Position numbers and translations under genes: made by a program. Below are positions 8,828 through 16,213 of a stretch of DNA of 64,000 bases, in pieces (the first letter of the stretch is position 1; the number at the start of each line of letters is the position of its first letter). The notes under the pieces are model-generated. The model saw only the letters and a list, made by a program, of their open reading frames with translations, did not search any database and was not told where the DNA came from. Where the stretch lies: IMG/VR virus record IMGVR_UViG_3300005528_000053, one strand, 5' to 3'. The stretch is from an uncultured virus (IMG/VR IMGVR_UViG_3300005528_000053). Lineage: Duplodnaviria > Heunggongvirae > Uroviricota > Caudoviricetes.

Positions 8828-10558
8828 TTATGCTGCCGGTGGAGCTGCTGGTGCTGCTGGTGCTGCACCAGCGCCCGGAACTGCTGCTGCTGGTGTTGCT
8901 TCTGCAGGTGCCATTTCAGGTGGAACCGGTTGATCTGCTAGTGCGCCCATGTCTGCGCTTAGGCCGGCTTGACTTACTCCTGCGCCCCGCATTTCTGCCG
9001 AACTGTCAGTAGGTATAGGATTAGCTTTACCGTTTTCTTCAGCCCATAAACGTTCGTTTTCTGCAATTTCTTCTTCGTTCATTCCTAAGAATCGTTTTAA
9101 TGCAAAACGTTTTGACATAAACGGTACTTGCGATAACTGAGCAAATGTACTAATTCGTTGTGTATCCAATTCTGCTTGTCGATAGCTGGCAAAATTTTGT
9201 GGAGGCTGAAACTTTAATTCAAATAATGCAGAATCAATATTAACACCTCTCTTATGTAGGTATCGTTTAAATTCTTGATCAAACATATCTTGAACTAGAC
9301 TCTGTAGTCGTTCGCAATATCTATTAAATCTAAGTTCCTGTATGTAAGCAGTTCCCACACGACCATCATTATACTGTGCTTGACTGTCGTCTGCACCAGT
9401 AGGTAGATAGCTACTTGGAATACGTAAGCCGCGGAATAGTTTATTAGTAAAATATTTTAAATCGTCAATTTCGCCCAAGTTAGTGCCGCCAGGCAATGTT
9501 TCTACTTTTGAACCTCTACCTTCAGCAGTCTGAGGGAAAAAGAAGTCTTCATTGATGCTTAATGGATTATATGCCGAGTCTACAACATTTGTGCCGCCGC
9601 CAGTTTGACTAGGAATTCTTCGTTGATGGATTTCGTTCTTTACTCTTTCAACAAATCCCATGGCCAAGTGACTGGGCATGTTACCTACATCAATATAAAA
9701 AACTCTACGCTCTGGAGCACGTTGCACTCGATAGATAATAATAGCGTCTTCAAGTAATTCTTTTTGTTTATAAACTTTAAAAATATTTTCTAATAAACTA
9801 TTACCAAAAGGAAAGTTATTGTCTAAACCTTCACTAAGACTTAGATGCACTACATGTGTTGCATCAATTGCAAATTCGTTGTCGTTATTAAAAAATCGTG
9901 TACCTGAGCTTTGTGGGTAAGATCCTACCATGCCTCGAACGGCTGCGCCACCTGCTACGTATGCTGTTCCTCTATTGTTAGTACTAGTTGTATTTGGACT
10001 TATTTGTGTTGTAACTAAGTTTTGAAAATTAATATTCAAATCTTTAACTACATACTGCTCGGGCTTTTTGCCTTCGCTTTCGTTGACTATAACTTTAACA
10101 ACTTTCCCAGCATCTACATAGTGCCATTTGCCGTCTTCTGGATCTCTAACAAAGAATACATCTCCAAATTTAAAAAGATTTCGCATGATTCTAAAAATTC
10201 TAGTCTCAAATTTTTGCATTTTTGACCAGTGTTGCAGGTATTCTTTTAGAATCCTAACTTCAGTGTTAGTGGCTTTATTCTTATAATATATAAAAAACGG
10301 TGTATGATTAGACTTGTCTTTTTGGCTACAGAAATCTGCTAGAATATCTAAGGCTGCGTTGACCTCTGAATCCATATCCATAGTATCGTATTGAAGATAA
10401 CGCTCAATACGATTAGGAGCGCCAACGTATACATCTGGAAGGTACGAACTGTAATTAGTTTTAGCTGGACCTGCACGATTAGACGACAGCGTCAAAGGGC
10501 TGTAGGTTCCTTGTTGAGATCCGGCCGGTACCGGTGTAAAGTATTTTTTCCAACTCAT
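8828..10558 (-). CDS. gp20: Portal vertex protein (gp20)
   Basis: Motifs LEDAIIIYRVQRAPERRVFYIDVGNMP, EDFFFP, VETLPGG, LGEIDDLKYF and LRIPSSYL. Confidence 0.95.
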   Translation of the reverse strand: MSWKKYFTPVPAGSQQGTYSPLTLSSNRAGPAKTNYSSYLPDVYVGAPNRIERYLQYDTMDMDSEVNAALDILADFCSQKDKSNHTPFFIYYKNKATNTEVRILKEYLQHWSKMQKFETRIFRIMRNLFKFGDVFFVRDPEDGKWHYVDAGKVVKVIVNESEGKKPEQYVVKDLNINFQNLVTTQISPNTTSTNNRGTAYVAGGAAVRGMVGSYPQSSGTRFFNNDNEFAIDATHVVHLSLSEGLDNNFPFGNSLLENIFKVYKQKELLEDAIIIYRVQRAPERRVFYIDVGNMPSHLAMGFVERVKNEIHQRRIPSQTGGGTNVVDSAYNPLSINEDFFFPQTAEGRGSKVETLPGGTNLGEIDDLKYFTNKLFRGLRIPSSYLPTGADDSQAQYNDGRVGTAYIQELRFNRYCERLQSLVQDMFDQEFKRYLHKRGVNIDSALFELKFQPPQNFASYRQAELDTQRISTFAQLSQVPFMSKRFALKRFLGMNEEEIAENERLWAEENGKANPIPTDSSAEMRGAGVSQAGLSADMGALADQPVPPEMAPAEATPAAAVPGAGAAPAAPAAPPAA

Positions 10559-10561
10559 ATA

Positions 10562-12910
10562 TTATCTAGCGTAAATGTTGCCATTTAGTCCTTTGGTTGC
10601 TTTAATCTGTCGCTTAGTATTGTCGACCATGTTATTAGTACTTGAAAGCATCTGTGCCATTAGCATATTTAAGCTTTGTAGTGATGTATTGAGGTCGTTA
10701 AGAGTAGCAGTTCCAGAATTTATTGCAGTTGTTTCTGATGGCGTATCTGCCTTTTTGGTAGGCTGAGGCACTTCAGCCATATTCATTTTACTAATACCCT
10801 TGGCAAGATTAGCCAATTGATTTTCAGTCATAACAGTTTCTTTACCGTGCAGCATTGCCATAGTACCTGAGCCAAAATCTTCTATAAGTTTACCTACACT
10901 GCCTACAGATCCGTTTTGTCTTGAGATTGTTGGCATACTTAATACTCGAACGTTTAATCCTTGATTGCCAGTTGCTAGTCTCATAAGTGACGACACTGTA
11001 TCTCCGCCACCTTCTGCTTCCTCAGCAGCCGCTTCTTCTTTCTTTCTTCGTCTATTTTGAACGTCTTCTAATCTACTTTCTCCAGGAGTCTGTCGAGCTT
11101 TTCTTTGCTCTTCGGCAGTCCGTCTGTTACTTTCAGATAGAGCAGCGTCAACAAGTTGTTTAGTTGCACCAGGACCTTGTGCTAATATATTTTGAAGATA
11201 CTTATTAGTATCCATATTTTGAGCCTTGGCTTGTTTTTCCATTGTAGCCATTAATGCATCTTTACTTTTATCATTTTTCAAGAACGCCAGTAAGCCTCTC
11301 ATCTCTGCAGAGTCAGCAGTTAGTCCTGTACCTCGTTCTTTTGACTCAGCTAGCCCCTTTTGTATTGCGTCTATCATTGATTTACTGTCTGGTCTTTGAT
11401 CAGAAATCATACCTAACAAGTTTGTAAGTGCTTTATCAGTTTTTTGTTCGGCTTCTGCTCGTATTTTATTATCTTTACCTTTTGCAGCATCTAGAGTCTT
11501 GTAATAATCGTCAAATGCTTTGCCAATAACTTTGTTATTCTGTAATTGTCCGTAAGTTGCTTTTTGTACGCCTGCAGAAAGATCGTTTAGATTGTTGGTT
11601 ACAGCTTTTGTTGTCCTAGTTACACCGTCGCCGTTTGACTTTTGCTCTTTAGCAGTATCTGCATTAATCTTTTCTAAAACTTTTCTTTGACCTTCTCGAG
11701 TGTTAAGATCAACTTTAAGTTCTTTAGCAGTAGCTGCCATCCGATCAGAAAACGCTGCTACATTCTGATTAGATTCTATAGCAGACTGATTTCCTTGCGA
11801 TGCTAGAGTCATCATAGCTTCTGATCTTTGATTCGCAGCGTAGGCTATAGCAGCTTCTTGTGTCAGACGTTTAGCAGTAGCTTCGTCGCCGCGTTTAGCT
11901 GCATCAGCTGATGCTTTCATTAATCTTTGAGCTTCACCTCCGGCCATAGCGAACTTTTCTGCCATGTCTTTAGAAGGACGACCCATAGCAAACATCTGTT
12001 CTTGTAGTTTAGCAAAGTCTGGTCCTGCTATTTTACTGGCTGCGGTCATAGAATCAAATGCTGTTTTTACACCTTCGCCACCTTTTCTTAAGGCAAGGTC
12101 AACTGCTGCTCTTACTTGTCCGTTTTCTTTTTGTTTTCTTAACTCGTCTTCTTGTTCTTTACGACTTTTGCCTGTTATCTTGGCAATAGCATCCATCTCA
12201 AACGCTAATGATTCTGCTTGTTTTATAGCATTAGCTGTTGCTTCAGCGTCATTTAAATTTAAGCGTTTTTGTTGACTAATTGTGTAGCTTAGGATACTGT
12301 TCAAATCTGTAGAGGTATATCCCATTTTGGTCAAATTATCAATTAGACCGCTTTTGTCAAACATCTCCTCACTAGCTTTAGCAAATAACTTTGCTCCTTC
12401 ATTAACACCACCTGGTAGTTTTGCAAATGCTGTACTGTTCTTAGCAATTACCTCACTAAACTCTCTAAGAGGTAATCTTGTACCTGCACTGGCCATTCTT
12501 AATTCTACTAGACTATTTCCAAAAGAAGCACCGGTGTTACTGAGTCCGTCTAATGTGGTTATAGTGTCTTCAAGCGAAGTAACAATGTTACCGCCCACTT
12601 TTGCTATACCGCCAAGTGCTTTACCTATGTGGCTGTCTGATGCTATAAGATTTTGACTGACAATGTTAAATCCATCAGATACTTTAACGCCGCCCTGCAG
12701 CATTTTGCCAAATCCTTCAGACGCAATACCAGTAGCTGCTTTACCTAATCCTAGTAATTCACCGCCTACTGCATCTATTGTTTTGGTCCACTGCGAAGGA
12801 GGTTTTCCGCCTGGAACAGACGGAGCTGAAGGCATTGACGGCCCGCCATCTTTCATAGCACGTTTAAATGCTTCGCTTATAATGTCTATGTCGCCGCGGT
12901 CTAAAGGCAT
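10562..12910 (-). CDS. Tape-measure-like / tail-length helical protein
   Basis: 782-aa A/K/Q-rich predicted helical protein with a C-terminal MLHGKETVMT motif, transcribed divergently from the gp26-like gene. Confidence 0.6.
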   Translation of the reverse strand: MPLDRGDIDIISEAFKRAMKDGGPSMPSAPSVPGGKPPSQWTKTIDAVGGELLGLGKAATGIASEGFGKMLQGGVKVSDGFNIVSQNLIASDSHIGKALGGIAKVGGNIVTSLEDTITTLDGLSNTGASFGNSLVELRMASAGTRLPLREFSEVIAKNSTAFAKLPGGVNEGAKLFAKASEEMFDKSGLIDNLTKMGYTSTDLNSILSYTISQQKRLNLNDAEATANAIKQAESLAFEMDAIAKITGKSRKEQEDELRKQKENGQVRAAVDLALRKGGEGVKTAFDSMTAASKIAGPDFAKLQEQMFAMGRPSKDMAEKFAMAGGEAQRLMKASADAAKRGDEATAKRLTQEAAIAYAANQRSEAMMTLASQGNQSAIESNQNVAAFSDRMAATAKELKVDLNTREGQRKVLEKINADTAKEQKSNGDGVTRTTKAVTNNLNDLSAGVQKATYGQLQNNKVIGKAFDDYYKTLDAAKGKDNKIRAEAEQKTDKALTNLLGMISDQRPDSKSMIDAIQKGLAESKERGTGLTADSAEMRGLLAFLKNDKSKDALMATMEKQAKAQNMDTNKYLQNILAQGPGATKQLVDAALSESNRRTAEEQRKARQTPGESRLEDVQNRRRKKEEAAAEEAEGGGDTVSSLMRLATGNQGLNVRVLSMPTISRQNGSVGSVGKLIEDFGSGTMAMLHGKETVMTENQLANLAKGISKMNMAEVPQPTKKADTPSETTAINSGTATLNDLNTSLQSLNMLMAQMLSSTNNMVDNTKRQIKATKGLNGNIYAR

Positions 12911-12929
12911 TTATTTTTTCCTAAAATAT

Positions 12930-12958
12930 GAGTATATAAATACTCGTATTATATTTAT
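12930..12958. promoter_or_regulatory. Pair of opposed late promoters
   Basis: Plus-strand TATAAATA at 12935-12942 (inside the inverted repeat GAGTA..TACTC) and minus-strand ATAAATA at 12952-12958. Confidence 0.7.
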
Positions 12959-12970
12959 CTGGAGTAAAAA

Positions 12971-13795
12971 ATGAGTAATCCGCTACAAAAATACTTTAGA
13001 CAACCTAAAGTATTTGTGTCACTGCCCAGCAGAGGCATGTATTATCCTAATGGTTCGTTTATCGGCGATTCTAATAATGTACCAATTATGGGCATGACAG
13101 GCATGGATGAAGTATTAGCCAAAACCCCTGATGCGCTGTTGAACGGTGAGGCTACTGTAAAAATTATAGAAAGCTGTTGTCCTTATATTAAAAGTGCTTG
13201 GAATGTTCCTAGTCTTGATCTAGAATTATTATTAGTGGCCATTAGAATTGCAACCTATGGGGACAAAATGACTATAGATCATACCTGTAGTGAATGCCAG
13301 CATGAAAATAGTTACGAAGCTGATTTGAAAACAATAATTGATCATTTAGGCGCCATTAAAGCAGAAAATACTCTAATAATTGACCCTATAAAAATTAATA
13401 TTAGACCTTTAAATTACAAACAAATCACCGAAATTAATCTAAGAAATTTTGCAATTCGTAGGCAATTATATCAAGCACTAGAACTTCAAGATCAAGAAGA
13501 ACAGCAAAAAATTGTTGATACAGTCTACGAAGAAATGGCTGCAATCAAAGCTGAATCTATAATTGCTCGTATAGAAAGTGTAGAAACATTAGAAAATGTT
13601 GTTGATAATGTTGAACACATTACTGAATGGATTAGAAATTCAGATAGAGAACTGTTTGCCAAGGTCACTGAATTCTTTGATCGAGCACAGGCAGCATTAG
13701 AGATTCCTAAATTTCCTGCTAAGTGTTCTAATTGCGGACATCAAGTAGATCTTGAAATCACATTGGATCAAGCAAATTTTTTCGATCAAGCTTGA
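12971..13795 (+). CDS. gp26: Baseplate hub assembly protein (T4 gp26-like)
   Basis: N-terminal LPSRG, DLELLLVAIRIATYG, two CxxC pairs (CSEC, CSNC) and a C-terminal NFF. Confidence 0.7.
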   Translation: MSNPLQKYFRQPKVFVSLPSRGMYYPNGSFIGDSNNVPIMGMTGMDEVLAKTPDALLNGEATVKIIESCCPYIKSAWNVPSLDLELLLVAIRIATYGDKMTIDHTCSECQHENSYEADLKTIIDHLGAIKAENTLIIDPIKINIRPLNYKQITEINLRNFAIRRQLYQALELQDQEEQQKIVDTVYEEMAAIKAESIIARIESVETLENVVDNVEHITEWIRNSDRELFAKVTEFFDRAQAALEIPKFPAKCSNCGHQVDLEITLDQANFFDQA

Positions 13796-14016
13796 TCACT
13801 AAATCAAACTCTGACATTGAAAAACTGATCAGCCGCTTTGAAAATCAAATCAAGCAGATAAAACACGAAATTTTTAGAATAAGTTGGTATATGCGGGGAG
13901 GTGTCAGCAGCACTGACCTGTTCTATCTCTACAGTTATGAAGATAGAGAAATACTGGCCAACATCATTGATGAAAATCTCAAAGCCAGCCAAGAAGCTGG
14001 TCTTCCTTTAATTTAA
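13792..14016 (+). CDS. gp51-like baseplate assembly protein, possibly made as a -1 frameshift extension of the upstream ORF
   Basis: WYMRGGVS...LYSYEDREIL resembles gp51-type small proteins; TTG start with no clear RBS; lies in the -1 frame behind T TTT TTC. Confidence 0.55.
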   Translation: MITKSNSDIEKLISRFENQIKQIKHEIFRISWYMRGGVSSTDLFYLYSYEDREILANIIDENLKASQEAGLPLI

Positions 14017-15005
14017 AGACCAGCAGCCTGTAGAGCTTTTTTCAGTTCTGGATCTGTTGCAAACTGACTGTAGGAACCTGGTTCTCCGGGTTTAGCAGGA
14101 TCTGGTTTAGGACCATTAGGTTTCCATTTACCATCAGCTGGCTGTGTTCCCTGTCCTTGATCTGGTTTTGCAGGATCTCCAGGCTTGTTAGGCTTTGCAT
14201 CACTCTTAGTCCATGTACTGAATAGTGATTTGACTTTGTCAATTGGTGCAGTTGCTAGGAAGCCAATTGCATCGCTGGCTTTAATATCTCCAATGATTGG
14301 ATAGGTGATAATCTCTGCTATAGTTTTCTTGCCTTCATCACTGGTGGCCCAAGTCATAAAATAAGTCATAGCAATTTCAGAAGCAATTAATAATCCAATT
14401 CCGAGACCGCCAGTGGCAGCAGTTTCTACTAGACCAAACGCACGAACTAGCCATCTTAAACCCATGGCTGTGCGTAGAGCATACTTGATAAAGGAACTGG
14501 CAGCAATGATAGTTACGATTGTGGCTAATAGCTGTTTACGAGTTTCGTTGTAGTCTTCATTGGCCTGCTCTTTGGTAATTTCACCAGCAGCAACTTGTCG
14601 AGCTAGTTCCTTTTCTACAATAGCAATGTCTGTCCAATAACCAGTAGCAAGATCTGCGTAGCCTATCAGTCTTAGAATACGTGTCGTAGCACCGCCAAGT
14701 TTTAGAAAACTAGCTCTGCCCAGCTTATTGTATGCAGGCTCGTTCCTACGTTCTTGAATTAGATCAATTAGATAATTTTTACCTGACTGTATTTTTCTCT
14801 GTATTTTTCTACCTCGCTCTACCTTACTACGACGTTCTGCTCTTTTATCAGGATCAGGACCTGAAGGTGTTGGTGCAGGCGCACTAGGACTTGGTGTAGG
14901 TGTAGCTGGTGGTGTTAGTGGAGTAGGCACCACAATAGGGCTTCCAGGACTAGCGGGTACATAACTAGTAGGACCAGCTTCAGCGATAAGATCAGAAATT
15001 CTCAT
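14013..15005 (-). CDS. Hypothetical protein with Pro-rich termini and central hydrophobic helices
   Basis: 330-aa ORF; TAAATA motifs at 15013-15022 immediately upstream. Confidence 0.7.
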   Translation of the reverse strand: MRISDLIAEAGPTSYVPASPGSPIVVPTPLTPPATPTPSPSAPAPTPSGPDPDKRAERRSKVERGRKIQRKIQSGKNYLIDLIQERRNEPAYNKLGRASFLKLGGATTRILRLIGYADLATGYWTDIAIVEKELARQVAAGEITKEQANEDYNETRKQLLATIVTIIAASSFIKYALRTAMGLRWLVRAFGLVETAATGGLGIGLLIASEIAMTYFMTWATSDEGKKTIAEIITYPIIGDIKASDAIGFLATAPIDKVKSLFSTWTKSDAKPNKPGDPAKPDQGQGTQPADGKWKPNGPKPDPAKPGEPGSYSQFATDPELKKALQAAGL

Positions 15006-15029
15006 GATATTTTATTTATTTAGAATGAT

Positions 15030-15497
15030 TTAAGATGAACTGCGTTCATCTGCTCTTCGCTAACGCTCGAGCTTTTCTTTATTTAATGATATAATTAGAA
15101 GTTATCACGTATGTGATAACTGTTTAAAATTCATGTAGATTGTTTAGGTCAAACGGAACCTCCTACAGGTTCCAATTTTCATGTGAGTTGCCCCAGCCAT
15201 ACGTGGAAGTAGGTGTTTTTACCGTGTACTAATGGGCTCTGACCTTTCCCAACCTACGTCGATACGCTTAAAAAGCGCCTTAGACCTCGTTCCTAGTGTC
15301 TAAGTTTTTATAGCACGGTTTTTCGTATGCTAACATTCATACTATATCAATGCGTTGGGCATATGGTTCGAACCCTCTGACTCGCTTCCAATTTTTCAGG
15401 ATAGTGGATTAACTCCACGGGAGTGCATCAATATGTTACGTGTCCGATTTCTTACGTCGGTTTTTCCACAGCGGTATTACAAACTGGCCCGCTAACC
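15030..15497 (-). ncRNA. Candidate large structured non-coding RNA or structured cis element
   Basis: Longest ORF-free stretch in the window, with more than 10 complementary segments, including crossing (pseudoknot) pairings and G-U pairs that form only on the minus strand. Confidence 0.55.
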
Positions 15498-15962
15498 TTA
15501 AGTGTTAGATGATTTTAAATTGTGTTCTAGAAGAGCCTGTCTAAGCGATGGTGAACTGCCTACACGTACATTGATTATGCCATTATAGTAGTCGTCAGTT
15601 TCGAGAACTCTACGATCAAATTGTTCTCTTGCTTCAATATAACTACATTCTGACTTGCTTTTACAGTAAAAGAGAATTTCTCTGAGAAAGCGATCAGGAC
15701 CTAATGTTGTAACATCTTGATTGAGCCTGTCGTTTGAGCCATAGTATTTTTGCCAATCGGAGTCTATTTTTGACTTAATGCGTTTCTTTTTTTTAGTACC
15801 GTTTTTAAGTGTTACTGTTTTATAGCTAGTTTTACTGAATTTTGCCAGTTTTTTGCCTATATATTTTCTGCCTGTAGCTGTATTAGTGATAAGATACACG
15901 AATCCCACACAGTCTTCAGGCAATTCTGTAACAAGTTGATTTTGATAATACCATGACATCAA
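15498..15962 (-). CDS. GIY-YIG family endonuclease (Seg-like, catalytic domain only)
   Basis: GFVYLITN...RKYIGKK, YYGS, REIL, a conserved E (IEAREQ) and YYN. Confidence 0.8.
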   Translation of the reverse strand: MMSWYYQNQLVTELPEDCVGFVYLITNTATGRKYIGKKLAKFSKTSYKTVTLKNGTKKKKRIKSKIDSDWQKYYGSNDRLNQDVTTLGPDRFLREILFYCKSKSECSYIEAREQFDRRVLETDDYYNGIINVRVGSSPSLRQALLEHNLKSSNT

Positions 15963-15967
15963 CTTGT

Positions 15968-16213
15968 TTATGCCTCGTCGTCTTGTTTGTCCTGTAAAAG
16001 TGATTGTTTGTATTTTGGTGATTTAATTTTTGGTTTGTTTTTTCTTACTTCGCCTATTTCTACTCGTCTAATTGTAGCTAATCTTCTAATTTCAGATAGC
16101 AGTGCCCTAGCTTCAATGCCTGAAGTATGCGTCTGTTTAGTTTCCCAACGCTGATTCGCCTCAAAATATTTTATAAAGGTTCTAATTATTTGTTCGTGAA
16201 TATCACTAGTCAT
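15968..16213 (-). CDS. Small basic helical protein (possibly histone H1-like Hc1 family)
   Basis: 81 aa; the pattern GIEARALLSEIRRLATIRR and a K-rich tail loosely resemble Hc1-like proteins. Confidence 0.4.
   Translation of the reverse strand: MTSDIHEQIIRTFIKYFEANQRWETKQTHTSGIEARALLSEIRRLATIRRVEIGEVRKNKPKIKSPKYKQSLLQDKQDDEA

Noticed and set aside
15122..15497. Group I intron, tRNA, tmRNA or RNase P identity for the non-coding element
   Set aside because: Fragments such as GATATAGT, TCAGAG and GGTTCGAACC resemble group I S/R elements or a T-loop. However, I could not build P7 (no GACUA/UAGUC pair), a cloverleaf or the RNase P P4 motif, and the flanking ORFs appear complete rather than split. 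A covariance-model search is still needed.
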